From assembly GCA_964019335.1 (NCBI GenBank), contig OZ025686.1:186001-250000 (forward strand): a DNA stretch of 64,000 nt, in the 5' to 3' direction. This DNA is from Diplonema japonicum (Eukaryota; Protista; Euglenozoa: Diplonemea). Positions 37,650 through 49,150 of the stretch are shown here, one piece after another. The notes beneath the pieces are model-generated. The model was not told the DNA's origin. It ran no database searches and worked only from the letters and a program-made list of their open reading frames with translations. Position 1 is the first letter of the stretch. Each line of letters begins with the position of its first letter. A program made the translations under genes and the position numbers.

Positions 37650-37830
37650 GTTTCTTAGTTCTCCTGTGTCGGGTGGTAAAAGACGTGTAGAAAGAGGAAG
37701 ATTATAAAAAAGAAACTGCAGGAAACAGCGAGTAGGTTTCCTGCTCATAAGAAGAGATGGTCGAACAATGAAGCAAAACGAAGCACACGTGGCAGTTCAA
37801 CTTGGTTGTCAAGAAGCCTGTCGGGGAAAA

Positions 37831-37867
<37 letters not shown>

Positions 37868-38024
37868 AGGGAGGAAGCAGCGTGCGCTAAGCACGATAGG
37901 TACTGCCGAAACGACGACGGGGCAGAAAGGGATATGCCGGACATGCCGCACTGATGGTACACACAAAAGGCATTTAGGGGGAGGTAGGGGAAGAGCGCCA
38001 ACGGTGGCTTATTATAGATGTTGC

Positions 38025-39038
38025 TCAAATCTCAGAGGTGCAGGGGGACTCGTTGAGGCCACATTCATTGTCGCCCCTCTTGACCCTGATATACCCAGCC
38101 TCGCCCCAAGACGGGCCCCAAGAGTTCTTGATGATCCAGTACTCGGGGGCGTAGCCGACAATGAGGACGCCGTGGTCGAGAGTGCAACGGGTGCAGCAGT
38201 TGGTGAGGACACCGCCCCTGTAGGTCTGCCACTTCGTGGCGTCCACAGCGATGGAGAGGGGGCCGCTGGTTCCCACAAACTCAGCCATGGCAGCCTCGTT
38301 GTGAGCGATGTTCTTGAAGCTCTTGATGGTGGCACCCACTGCCTTGCCAGAGACATCGTGGCACGCGCCGTTGACCCCGTGGCCCGAGGTGTAAGGGTAC
38401 GATGCCTCGGTCACGATCTGGCCGTTGTGGTGCTGGAGGAGCCACTTGAAGGCGTTGTCCATGAGACCACCGTTGCAGCCATCGTCAACCTTGTCGCACG
38501 ACACAAGCTCCTGCTCAGAGAGCGAGGTCAGGGTGTGTCCGGAAAGGAACCACTGGCCCTCGATGCCACCGGTGGTGGAGAACGCCCAGCAGCTGTGTGG
38601 GATGGTGTGTTATTCATCTGGTTATTCGTCTGTCACATACCTCCCGCACTGTGCTTGGTTCTTCACGTGGGTCACGGCACCCTTGGACCTCCAGTCCACC
38701 TCGGTGGGTGCACGCAGGCCGGTGCCGTTCCAGGTCGGAGCATCGATCTGTCTGACTTGAAGGTTGTGGTAGACTTTGAACTCAGCGGGGGTCAGGTCGC
38801 TGAAGACATTCACCCCGAAGGAGGCACCCATGGTCTGCTCCGCCTCGTAGTCCACACCTTGCAGAAGGTTCGCGAGGAAGACCTGGTATCTCCTCTCCTC
38901 TTCGACAATGGACGCGTACCTCTTGTTGTAGTCTTGCTTGAACACGCTGAACATGGAGCGGGCGTTGCCGCGGATGTACTCTTTGCTCAGACCCTGCACG
39001 GTCCCTGCAAGGAGCGCCATGACGATGAGCGACTTCAT
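38025..39038 (-). CDS. Cathepsin L-like cysteine protease, tandem paralog without C-terminal extension; intron 38593-38640
   Basis: 48-nt GTATGT...ACACAG intron at the same position as in the neighbour; LDHGVLIVGY, WIIKNSWG. Confidence 0.95.
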
Positions 39039-39097
39039 GTTAGTTAATGTGGTGTCTGTGGGGTGTTAAAAGCGCAGGAAGGCTTTAGAAAGTAAAG

Positions 39098-40034
39098 TTA
39101 TGTTTTGGGGCGGCATTCCGCCGGGAGCGGGGGCTCTTCGGGTTGTTTATGAAAGATTTTCAGCTCGTACTTCGTTTCGTCGAAAAAGCACGCGCTTATG
39201 GTTTTCCCCCCGAAGCTCCTACCATCAAGCTCGACAACGGATTTGATGGCTTCGGGGTTGCGGTGGAACTTAACGAAGATGCGCACTGCTTCTTCAGGAG
39301 GTACTCCATCGTCTTCGAAAACTTCGATCCCCTTGACCTCCCCGTACTTCTGGCATTCTGCTGCGACCTCCGCTTTCAGGGTGATGTCTATACCTCCCTT
39401 GTGGACCATGTTTCGTAGTAATACGATTCTGGTGGGTGTTCCAGTGATTTTTGTGTTGCCCTTCTTTCTATTCCCGCTTGGTTTAACAGCTGCGGCCGGT
39501 TGGATGACGCCTACTTTCTTGCTGACCTTTTGAACTTCCAAGGGAGTTGCCACTCCATCACCTCGCTTCCCCAAACCTTGTCCCGCCTCCCATCCTTGTT
39601 TCGCCATCATTCTCTCTGCGAATGACATTTTTTTCTCCTTTTCTGCTTTTAGGATCGCCTCGGCTTCTCTTTCGCTTTTCTCTTGTTCTTCGATGGCTGC
39701 TGCTGTTTGACTTCCAAGTGATTTTGACATGTTCAATCTTCTTTGGAAGGCTTCTTCTGCTGTTAGTTTTAGAGTTTCAGCTGTTGGTTTCAACTGGCTT
39801 ACCCTGTTTTTTTTGTTTTGTCTTTTTTGTGGTGGATATAACCTCTGTTGCTCTTGCATTTCCCACCGTCGTTTCTCCTCGTAAATCGCCTGGTGGTGTC
39901 TTTCCTCTGCACTTCGTTGCTGTTCCTGTTGCGGGGCAGATGGGGGAAGACAATATTTCGCATACCAATATTTTCGCTTCCATCCTCTTATGCATTTCCT
40001 TATCATAGTCATTTGGCTTCTCTGGATTGTACAT
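39098..40034 (-). CDS. RBM17: Splicing factor SPF45/RBM17 (G-patch + UHM); intron 39926-39965; start uncertain, may extend to 40215
   Basis: YNPEKPNDY motif joined by a 40-nt GTATGC...CAACAG intron to G-patch (MMAKQGWEAGQGLGK) and UHM (IVLLRNMV, EAVRIFVKF, LDGRSFGG). Confidence 0.88.
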
Positions 40035-40508
40035 AACACATTTATCTGGAACTGGTAACGGAGCGTCACGTCTGTGGTGTTGCTGCTGCTCTGGCGGTGG
40101 TGCCACTGGGTGCAAATGTGGGTCATAGCCTATGTGCCTCCTTTTCTCAATAGGAGCACCTGTTTATTTTAATTTGTTTTTTTTTTTTTTTTTTGCCGAT
40201 TTTTTTCCTCCCCATTTTTTTTTTTTTTAAAGCAGCTAACCAATTGCGCCCCCTGCTACTCTTTTAATCCCGGAAACTCTTTTTACTTCCATTACCGTCC
40301 CCTTGTCTTTCTTCCTTTTTTTTTTTTTTTTAATTTCCACCCTCCCCCCTCCTCCTTTCTTTTATACTCTGTTTAAAGATTAATTCAACAATTCTCACAG
40401 GAAAAACAGGAAAAAAAAAGAACGACACCCTCCCCTTTTGAGAATCTGTGCTTGAAAAAACACGGAAGATGAATATGTAAAGAGGAAGAAGAACGAAAAA
40501 TAAAAATG

Positions 40509-41335
40509 TCACGCCCAGACAAGAGGAGCCTTTTTACGTCTGGTTTCAAGGTTTTCGTTGTGGGTAGACAGGGCAGTGTGTAGCGTAGCCACCAAGGCGG
40601 AGGTGGCGTTCCAGTCATGAGGGCGTATGTGGGCCTCGAGGCGGGTGATGGCTTTTGCTAAACGGGAGCTGGAACGTGCAGAAGAAAGAGTGCTTCTTCT
40701 CGAAACAGTTTTTTTAAGCGAAGCGGCCGTGGCTGGAAGCTTGGAATTGCCTGCATCCTCTTCTTCGTCCTCTTGCTCAACCCGCAGCGCGGTCTGAGGC
40801 CGGGAGTACGCGCTTACCAAGGCTTGTTCCGTCATGCGCGAGGTAACGTGCCGTTTCCTCTCTGCAAACTGCCATGAATAGTGTTTTTTCGATTGCTCCA
40901 GAGGAGCACGCTTCTCATTCTTCTTGAGCGAGTAATCGGAGTCTGTTTTGAAGCAAAATCCGGGCGCCGGACGCTGCGCGTTGAAGTCGATATGGGGAAA
41001 TGACATCTTTCCCCCTCCTGGACTGGAAACTAACTAAGAATGTAGGAGAATAGAGGAGAATAAAAAAAAAAAAAAAAAAAAAGAGCTCACTCCCACTTCC
41101 CTGTGTTTTGGTTGTACACCTCCCAACCCTGGTCGTGCATCGAGTCTGTGTTCCCGTACTTTGCGGCTGAGAACATGTTTCTACTGGGATATCTCTTTAC
41201 AAAATTCTCCACGTTTCTCTCTGTGACCGTTATCACCTTTCTGCGGGTGCCTTTGATATCCCGCATCATGGCCACAACACTGTCCGCTGTCCAAGATCTA
41301 GATATAGTCTGCGCAAAGACGGGTCGTGTTGTCAT
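40509..41335 (-). CDS. Hypothetical protein, probably two exons; intron 41023-41090
   Basis: A 68-nt GTGAGC...TTCCAG intron fuses ORFs 41087..41335 and 40509..41006 in frame (…TGKWD PGGGKMSFPH…). Confidence 0.62.
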
Positions 41336-41501
41336 TTGTTTCTCTTCCTTCGTGGAAGAAAGGCCCGCCCCCCCCCCCCCCCCCCCCTCTGCTGGGGTTT
41401 TTTTTTTAAATGTAAAGTGTCGAATGAAGAAAAAAAAAAAAAGAAGAATGACTTTGGTTGCTTATAAACCGCCTGGCGCACAAGCAACTGCAGGCACAGT
41501 C

Positions 41502-41761
41502 TACTTGATTACAGGGGGTGCTCCTCGGCCGAGCAGTAGCTTCTTCTGCGTTCCGCGCTGTGTCCTTAATGCGTGCGGTGTGCTCAACCCTAGCCGGGGC
41601 GCCCCGGGTAACCAAGATTCTGCGCTCGTGCAGTTTGCTGCCTGTTCGTCACCCTGAGCATCTGCAATCACTCGGGCGCTACCGGTGATGACCGACGAGG
41701 AGGTCAACAGCGAACAATACATCTGATGTACTTCTTATATTTCCATGTTATCCCCACCACC
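41502..41761 (-). mobile_element. Ribozyme-headed short interspersed element, copy 1
   Basis: Highly similar to 49151-49417 and 59351-59619; begins GGTGGTGGGGATAAC and ends CCCTGTAATCAAGTA. Confidence 0.8.
41637..41761 (-). ncRNA. HDV-like self-cleaving ribozyme, copy 1
   Basis: P1 GGUGGUG/CAUCACC, P2 GCUGUUG/CAGGCAGC, P3 ACC/GGU, L3 UCCUCGUC, P1.1 CC/GG, P4 CGCCC/GGGUG, J4/2 CGAA (catalytic C at 41648). Confidence 0.85.
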
Positions 41762-41866
41762 CAAAAAAAAAAAAAAAAAGCCCGTGCGCAATTATTAAAA
41801 TGTCTTTTGGGAGTTAGAAAGAACATAAGAAACTATATTTTGATTGTGCTCTCGAATGGGAAGAGT

Positions 41867-41904
<38 letters not shown>

Positions 41905-42027
41905 CTTTGCTTGGTTTGTTGTGGCACATTGTTTTGGGAAAGTCAAGAGTTAAACTAAAAAAAAAAAAAATTAAAACTGTATGTAATTTATAAGAGATAA
42001 ATGGAACTTGTTGGCGGGTACCCCCCC

Positions 42028-42237
42028 TGTTTTGTCAAACTAAAATGAAAGAAGAAGAAAAAAAACAAAAAAAATCACACACAGCACATCACGCACTAAA
42101 ACTCGTAAGTCATGATAAAGATGCCCGTCCCCCTTCAGCCTGCTCGCGTTTTATACAACACCTACGTTTTCAAAAATCAAGGCAGAGACAAAACAATGAT
42201 TTGTATCTAAGAAGTGGAGCGGCTTTCAGGTACAGGT
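42028..42237 (-). pseudogene. Degenerate tandem duplicate of the GNAT gene 3' end and flank
   Basis: Shares TGTTTTGTCAAACTAAAA, TCACGCACTAAAACTCGTAAGTCATGAT, CGTCCCCTTCAGCCTGC and AAGAAGTGGAGCGGCTTTCA with 42237-42486, with deletions. Confidence 0.85.
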
Positions 42238-42294
42238 GTTTTGTCAAACTAAAAAAGAAAAGAAAAGAAAATAATAACACAGCATTCTCACGCA

Positions 42295-42894
42295 CTAAAA
42301 CTCGTAAGTCATGATGTACGCGTCCGTCAGTCCTTCGTCCCCCTTCAGCCTGCCTGCGTTCTTTATGACACCTACCCTTTCGAAACCGAGATCCTCCCAC
42401 AGCTTGCGTGCTGGGTTTGAGGCGAAAACAAGGTTGAAACATGACGATTTGTATCCAAGAAGTGGAGCGGCTTTCATGTACAGGTTACCCATGATACGGG
42501 CAGCCCCTTGACGCCGGTAGGAGGCTGAGGTGATGAAGCCGCCGTTGCACACATGGGAGCATCTCCCAGGGAAGTTAGGTCTTATGTAAAAGAGGGAGAC
42601 CAAGGCGCCAGTGTCAGTGGTGCGAAGGGCGAAGGCAGCATGTGATAGGAAGTACCCCTCAAAGGCTTCCCAGTCGAACGATTCTTCAAATGGCCAGCTC
42701 CTGCCGTCCTCCACCATGCTGTTGAATACCCCCAGCATTTCCTCCTTTTGCTCTTCGGTGAGTTCTGTACGGACCACCCAGTCCATCACCACGTCTCGTC
42801 CTTCCTTCAGCTTGCAGTTGAACGGTACTTCTGGAACCAACGACTTGTCCATGTTTTGTGCCGTTACTTGCTTTTTACTGTCGTAGACAGACAT
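42295..42894 (-). CDS. GNAT N-acetyltransferase, Mpr1/Spt10-like
   Basis: FYIRPNFPGRCSHVCNGGF, YRRQGAA, FNLVFASNPARKLWEDLGF. Confidence 0.9.
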   Translation of the reverse strand: MSVYDSKKQVTAQNMDKSLVPEVPFNCKLKEGRDVVMDWVVRTELTEEQKEEMLGVFNSMVEDGRSWPFEESFDWEAFEGYFLSHAAFALRTTDTGALVSLFYIRPNFPGRCSHVCNGGFITSASYRRQGAARIMGNLYMKAAPLLGYKSSCFNLVFASNPARKLWEDLGFERVGVIKNAGRLKGDEGLTDAYIMTYEF

Positions 42895-42989
42895 TTTGTT
42901 ATTGTTGTTGTGGTGTCTGTGTGAAGAGCATTTTTTTTTTCATTGTGGTTATACTTATATCAAAGAAAAAAAAAAAAAATCTAATCATT

Positions 42990-43020
<31 letters not shown>

Positions 43021-43053
43021 TTTTTTCTTCCCCCTGGGATAAAAAAATAGGGG

Positions 43054-43088
<35 letters not shown>

Positions 43089-43135
43089 AAGTTAGAGGTA
43101 TCAACAGAAAAAAAAAAAGATAAAAAATTGTTGTT

Positions 43136-43873
43136 CTAAAGGCTCTCTAAGTATTCCTCATCGACTAACCCGTTCCGACCGAAATCAAGGCAGAAATTTT
43201 CAAGTACTTTTCCTCGTTCCTCGAAAACCCCGTTGAGGTAGGGGTTCTCGGTGGAAGGCTTGTTGATGTGAAGCAGCTTGTCATAGCAATGATCGACCAT
43301 GGATGCAGACGTCCCGACGTAAGCTGCGAACCTCTCTGGGGTTGCTATGGTGTACAACTCCTCACGGGTGGAGGCACGGGGGGTAGTAGAGGTGAACAAC
43401 GGGGTGCTTGTTTCCTTCTGGTGCAAATAACACCGTTTCAACCCCTTCTCACCCAAGGCCTCAATGCGGTCTGCGTCTCTGGGCAAATACATCCAAGGAA
43501 GATGTTCAGTAGAAACCTTGTTCTTATTATCCCTACAAGACACGAGAGAGATTAACATCATCACTGTGTCAGCTCTGTCCTTGTCCCACCCAAGTTTGGT
43601 CAATATGCTTTCTGCATTTCGTGTGTTTTTCTCAAAAAGTTTGGCGTCATCTGTGTCATGAAGGATGCAAGCCATGATGACCTCTTCTTTCCTGCCTTCC
43701 CCCATGTTCTCCTCTGCTTCCACAGCCTTCTTCCCGTGCACCGCCACCGCCACTGCATGGCAAATACCATGCGAGTTCCCTTCCTCAGGCAAGATCTCTG
43801 CCGCCATCTCTGCTGCCTTGAATAGGTCTCCTTCGATGCCATGTTGCTTTAAACAGTCTTTCCATAATGGCAT
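43136..43873 (-). CDS. HD-domain metal-dependent phosphohydrolase
   Basis: SHGICHA...ILHDTDD...DADRIEALG...HCYDKLL. Confidence 0.88.
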   Translation of the reverse strand: MPLWKDCLKQHGIEGDLFKAAEMAAEILPEEGNSHGICHAVAVAVHGKKAVEAEENMGEGRKEEVIMACILHDTDDAKLFEKNTRNAESILTKLGWDKDRADTVMMLISLVSCRDNKNKVSTEHLPWMYLPRDADRIEALGEKGLKRCYLHQKETSTPLFTSTTPRASTREELYTIATPERFAAYVGTSASMVDHCYDKLLHINKPSTENPYLNGVFEERGKVLENFCLDFGRNGLVDEEYLESL

Positions 43874-44118
43874 TTTTTCCCCCCCTTTTTTTTCCCTTTA
43901 TTTTCTAGCATGGTACAATGGTATTAAAAAAAGGGGGGGGGGGGAAGAAGAACAGAAACAAAACAAGACGGAATCGGTCCTTTAAAAAAATAGGGGGGGG
44001 GTGAATATTAATAATGCGTGTAAATAAAAATTAAAAAAACTCAAAGTAGGCCGCCCTATGGGGGAAAAAAAAATGCCTCCCTCTCTTTTAAGTTCCTGCC
44101 CAAGAGGAGAAATCTAAA

Positions 44119-44149
<31 letters not shown>

Positions 44150-44198
44150 ATCTAAAAAAAAAAAAAATACAGGGGGGATATATGAATATATTGGGCAG

Positions 44199-45140
44199 CT
44201 ATAAAGCACCCGCAGTGGCACCCGATACATTGAAGGCAAAACTGGTTTTTCTTTGCAACATGGGGACAAGGCACTCTGCCCACATCGCCTCGTAGCCAGG
44301 CTGTTTAATATGCAGATTGTCAAAGTCGTAATAACCCAACCTCTGCACACGGGAGAAGGGGATGAACACCTCGGAGCAGTCGAGAAACGTGTGCCTCCGA
44401 CTCTGGAGGGCTTCTATACCGAGCCTCGTAAGATTGTTACACTGCGCCACCTTAACAGGGTAATCTCCTCTGTCGTATCGGGGCAGCACACCTATCGTGA
44501 GCACCTGGGAACCTGGATGAAGGTAGCTAAGGTACTTAGCAATGGCAACAATTCCTTGGGAGATGGAAACAGGTGGTTCTGTAGGCACGTTGTTGGTCCC
44601 AATAAGAAGCACGATGAGGGATGGCCGGACAGACCCTGGAAGCTCATCGTTCAAAAGCCGCCAAATAAGATTTTGAGTCGTGTCGCCAGCTATGCCCAGA
44701 AGTAGGGGAGAGGTGTCGTTGAAAATGTATGAGAAAGACTCTCGGAGTTCTCTAGAGGCAGCTTCTTTTCGCAGATTGGCTGTTAAGGAATCGCCCACGA
44801 AGGCTAAACCGGTATTGGGTTGGAGTAAGGATTCGTTTTTCAGCGATCCGTGAAGCCTCAGCCACGCGTCTCTCCACCATCGTTTGCGGCCGAAACTGCC
44901 TCTTGCTCTGTTCGGATACCAGCCCTTCACCTCGGATCCACAGGTTGGATATTCTTCACTGCAGTTCCCCTTCCCCGCACAGTGCCACAGCGCGCCCCCA
45001 GGGCACCGTTCTTTTTCGTTATTTTCCGTAATGATACTGTTTTCCTGGTGTGCTTTCGGTAGCCAGAGGTCTTCCGCGATGATCACAGCGCAGAATGCTA
45101 GCAGGCTGAACATAACAACCATGCTGCAGAGGAGGTTCAT
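44199..45140 (-). CDS. SGNH/GDSL hydrolase, PAF-acetylhydrolase Ib-like, with N-terminal anchor
   Basis: FVGDSL, GIAGDTTQNLIWRL, IGTNN, DNLH. Confidence 0.9.
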   Translation of the reverse strand: MNLLCSMVVMFSLLAFCAVIIAEDLWLPKAHQENSIITENNEKERCPGGALWHCAGKGNCSEEYPTCGSEVKGWYPNRARGSFGRKRWWRDAWLRLHGSLKNESLLQPNTGLAFVGDSLTANLRKEAASRELRESFSYIFNDTSPLLLGIAGDTTQNLIWRLLNDELPGSVRPSLIVLLIGTNNVPTEPPVSISQGIVAIAKYLSYLHPGSQVLTIGVLPRYDRGDYPVKVAQCNNLTRLGIEALQSRRHTFLDCSEVFIPFSRVQRLGYYDFDNLHIKQPGYEAMWAECLVPMLQRKTSFAFNVSGATAGAL

Positions 45141-45293
45141 TTTTTTTTATTGTACTATTATTATTATTCTTCCCCCCCCCCCCCCCCCTCCACACCTCCT
45201 TTGTTTCATTTTTTTTGTTCAGTTTCAGTGGAAGGGGGAAAAAAAAGAAGAAGAATTGTTCTTTTTCACATTTTTTTTTGTAATTTTCTTCTT

Positions 45294-46296
45294 TCAATGC
45301 CCAGCTCTTCGCTGGCTTTTTGCAGGTGTAGGCGATGCACCGGCTGGCCGTGCTGTTTGTTGCGTCAGCTGTGGAGAGTTTTTTTTTTTTTTTTTTTTTT
45401 TTCCCCAACCCCACATCACTTACCACTTTTTTTGCCTTCATGTCTTCTTTGTTCTTCTCGCGAATGTAAATATAGTCCCCCAAGCACTCCCCGATGAACT
45501 GCAACTGGTGTAAGATCTCCTCCCCATTCTGCTCCTCCTTGGAGCCATGCTTCCTTATGGGACGGAACTTGGAAGCATTATCAAAACAGCGATCGTAAAG
45601 GTTCTGCGTGGCCATCTTAATCTGCCCAATGGTCTTCGTGGTCGAGGTCTTCTTCTCAAGAGAGTACTCGATGTCGTCTTGGGCCTTAGTCACCTCCCGG
45701 TGGAGAGTTTCAAGTTGTTTCCCTTTGTTTGCAAGGGCGTTGGTGTAGTCAAGGATTTCAGTGGCTTTTGACTCTTTTTTCTTTTGAAGGACCTGCCGTT
45801 GTATTTCCATTTGTTGTTCCAAGTACTCTTTTCTCGCCTGTAGTTCAGTGTGGTTACCATCGAGTGTCTTCCACCTGCTGATAATATCGTTCGGGTCGCT
45901 GTACTCCTCATTCTGCTGAAGAACGTCATCAAGGTATTTCTGGTATTTTTGGTACCTTTGCAACCGGTCTTTGATTTCTTGTTTTTCTCGTTCCAAGCGT
46001 TTTGAGTCTTCGTTGAGCTGGACGATGAGTAGGTATTTTTCCTCTTTAGCGCGTTGTTCAGCCTGGGCTTTTTTCTCTGCGCGGTTTTTTTTGATCTCGT
46101 TTTCTTGGATGAACTTGTAAAACCTCACCAGCTTGTCCTGTAGATCCTGTCGCCTCTTCGCCAGCTGCTGCTCCCTCTCCTTCACGCGGTCCATTCTCTC
46201 TCGAAACTCACTCCGCTTTTGGTCCAGCTCCGCCTGTACATCCATTTGTTCCCTGCGCAGTTTCGTTGCTGCTGACACATTGTCGAGAGTAGACAT
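45294..46296 (-). CDS. CFAP73/CCDC42-like (DUF4200) coiled-coil flagellar protein; intron 45369-45423
   Basis: RFYKFIQENEIKKNRAEKKA, YQKYLDDV, IGQIKMATQNLY; a 55-nt GTAAGT...CCACAG intron removes the poly-K read-through. Confidence 0.85.
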
Positions 46297-46508
46297 GTTG
46301 TTGTGTTGTCCCCCTCCCGCCCGCCTCCCTCTTCTTGAGATCATGTAAAAAGGGGATTTTAAAAAAAAAAAAAAAAAATCACGTAGAGGAGAAAAAATTT
46401 ATACCTCCGTTTGGCCATCTGATAGCAACAACAAAACAAAAAAAAAAAAACTACAAAAAAAACTTTTTTTTTTCTTCTTTTTTTTTTTTTTTTCTTTCTT
46501 CTATTTCT

Positions 46509-47696
46509 CTATTCTTCGGGAGGTTGGGTGCGGATGCAGCAGATGAAAGTCAAAAACACGATGGAGGTCACCATGATGGCTAGCACTTGAAGGACGAAGT
46601 TCCTGCACTTGTCAAAACTCATCGCCAAGGTGATGCAAAGCATAACAATCGTCACCAAGTAGAGAATCAGTTCCACTGTGGTCAGGGAGTGGTCCGTCTG
46701 TTTGAAGAGGAACGCTGACACGGATTTCCGCTCCCTAACACGCTTCATAAACCCAACCCCACGGAAAAAAATGTACAGGGCGAAGGCAGGATAGAGGAAC
46801 AGATGGATCTCGCAGCAGATTCCGAGCATTAAAAAAGGAATTGAAAGGGAGGTGCACTCCGAATTGTGTGCATGATGATACCGCCACGTGTATAATATCC
46901 AGATTGCAAACACGAACATGATGGCGTTTGACAGAAAAACCTTTTTAACATCCTTCATGAGGTACCGGAGAAGCTCCACCCTTTCAGCGTCCTCCCGCAG
47001 CTTGTACACCTTTCTTGAAAAATATAGTAAGAGGTAAGTCACGGCGACGGGGAATAGATGTGCTAAGGTTAGGTCGCACCACCAAGGTATTTCCGTGTTC
47101 GTGGTGACAATCCGCGGTATCATAAAATCGTATCCGTAAGAAAAAGGAACCTCCTCTGTGAAAATAGAGTCTGTAAGGGTGCTCCCCCGTTTTGGGAAGA
47201 ACATGAAATTCGTTTCGTTTTTAAAGACTATTTGTACCTCGTCGGGGCGGAGCGTTGTTTTTTCGTATAGATCCCACACAGTCCCGTAGGCAAGTGTGAA
47301 GACGTATAGAACAGGCTTCATTTGGGTAAGCTCACGGACACAGGTTGCTTCAGAAGCAGTCATGTTTCCGGAAGCGGTTTTGTAGCAGTTGTTTATTTCG
47401 TCCACTAGCATAACCGTCCACACTTTGCTCATGCAGCTGGTCTCGTTGAGCCATACATAGTCCAGTGGTAGGCTTCCGGCCACCGCCGCAGCCGTTTCTT
47501 TGCATCCTGGTTCGCAGTTGTAATATTTGCACAGATTGTCAAGCTTGTTTTCTATATCCTTGCACCCCTCTGCTTGCAGAGCCTTCACGCCCGTGTTCCA
47601 TACATCCATCGGGGTGCATTGATCTTCTTGAGCGGCACTTACCCATAGTATTGCCGTTATGACCAGTAACCTCTTTCGTGCGATTGGTGCTATCAT
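46509..47696 (-). CDS. Hypothetical membrane protein: signal peptide, Cys-rich ectodomain, ~5 TM helices
   Basis: Hydrophobicity pattern of the 395-aa ORF. Confidence 0.75.
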   Translation of the reverse strand: MIAPIARKRLLVITAILWVSAAQEDQCTPMDVWNTGVKALQAEGCKDIENKLDNLCKYYNCEPGCKETAAAVAGSLPLDYVWLNETSCMSKVWTVMLVDEINNCYKTASGNMTASEATCVRELTQMKPVLYVFTLAYGTVWDLYEKTTLRPDEVQIVFKNETNFMFFPKRGSTLTDSIFTEEVPFSYGYDFMIPRIVTTNTEIPWWCDLTLAHLFPVAVTYLLLYFSRKVYKLREDAERVELLRYLMKDVKKVFLSNAIMFVFAIWILYTWRYHHAHNSECTSLSIPFLMLGICCEIHLFLYPAFALYIFFRGVGFMKRVRERKSVSAFLFKQTDHSLTTVELILYLVTIVMLCITLAMSFDKCRNFVLQVLAIMVTSIVFLTFICCIRTQPPEE

Positions 47697-48491
47697 CGGT
47701 TGGGCATTTTCTTCTTTTTTTTTTATTCCTCCCTAGTATTTTCTTCTTTTTTTTTGGGGGGGTAAAAAAAAAAAGAAAAAAAAAAGTAGGCCTAATCACT
47801 ATGATGGGAAGAAAAATAAAAAAATAAAAAAAAAGAGGGGGAGTGGGGAGTTGAGTTTTTCTCTTTGGGGAGGTCAATTGTTTCCCGTTTCTCTGTGGAG
47901 GCTCTTTTTTTTTTTTTTTTTCCACCCCCACAGGAAACAAAGGAAGGGGGGTTTCTTTTTTTAGATCGAGGAGAGAGATTTTGTTTTGTCGATATTTTTT
48001 TTCTCCCCCCCCTTTTTTTTAAGAAAAAAAACACAACAGAAACTGAAAACCAATACGCTGGGGGGGGGGGGGGGAGAAAGGGGTAAAGGGGAGGGAATAA
48101 AAATCAAAAGAACCAAGATACTTTCTACCCCACGGCACGGAGACCAACGCCTGAGGAGGGGAGTAAGGTTAAGAAGACAAGAGACGGAGGCTGGGAGGGG
48201 TCTTTAAAAAGTGAAACACCCTCTTCTCAGCCCTAATCACGGGAAAAAAAAAAAGTTAAAATCACTCGTGGGTCGATTCTTTATCTTTTTTCTTTCCTTT
48301 CTTTTCTTTTCTGACACTGAAAAGGAACAGAGTGAACAATTTATTTTGCCGGCATGACCCCAAGCGAACGAATGAAAGGGTACGCCAATTATTTTAAAGG
48401 GGTTACTTGACTTTTTTTTTTTGTCAGTTATTTTTTATTTCTCCATCCTTTATTCAGGTACCACCCTAGAAAAAAAAAAGAAAAAGAAAAG

Positions 48492-48531
<40 letters not shown>

Positions 48532-49150
48532 GTTGGAGGAAACCTGCAGTGAAAAGAAAAAAAGAAAGAAAAAAGAATTTCCGAGGAATTCTTTTTCTCG
48601 TGCGCAATGGTTTTTTTCTTTTTTTTTTTTGTGTTCCTTTTTTTTTTTTCTTTTGATAATAATTACAAGTGTTTTCCCCATTTAAAAACACATTTTTTTT
48701 TTTCTCGTTTTGGTTCGTAGAAAATCCCACCAGTGTGGTGGGAGGGGGAGAAAGAAGTGTTAGAAAAAAAAAAAAAAAAAAAAAAAACGACCCACCCTGG
48801 CGTCTTCCTCTTCTCTTGTTTTTCAAAAAAAAAAAAAAAAAAACATAACAACTCCGAAGACTGGAGTATACCCGGGGTCGTTTGGATCGAGACAGAAAAT
48901 GAAAAAAAAATAGGAGGCGAGGGGGAAGGGGGGAGAAGACCCACCCTTACTTTCTTTTTTTTTTTCTTTTTTTTTTTTGTATCTAAGAAACAAAGAAGTG
49001 AATTGGACGACTGGGTGGGGTGATTGCGGGGAGAGAGAAAATGAACGGTGCAAGGGAGAGGTAAGGTTGCCTCCCACTTTGCTGGGAATAAAAAAAAAAA
49101 ACTCGATGATTTAAAGGAAGCCGGTGGGGGCACCCTGCACAAGCACCATT

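Noticed and set aside
41502-41560. Second, opposite-polarity HDV ribozyme (TCCTCG motif) implying a viroid-like ambisense RNA
   Set aside because: No P3/P1 geometry, and the motif is not conserved in copy 2.
41502-41780. Reading the 260-nt element as a plus-strand poly(A)-tailed tRNA-SINE, SRP RNA or C/D snoRNA
   Set aside because: No B box, no proper SRP helix-8 motif, and C-D spacing too short. A-runs are ubiquitous here. The HDV fold on the opposite strand explains the boundary exactly.
45019-45423. Poly-K C-terminal extension of the 441-aa ORF overlapping the SGNH gene
   Set aside because: Intron read-through; the spliced stop is at 45294.
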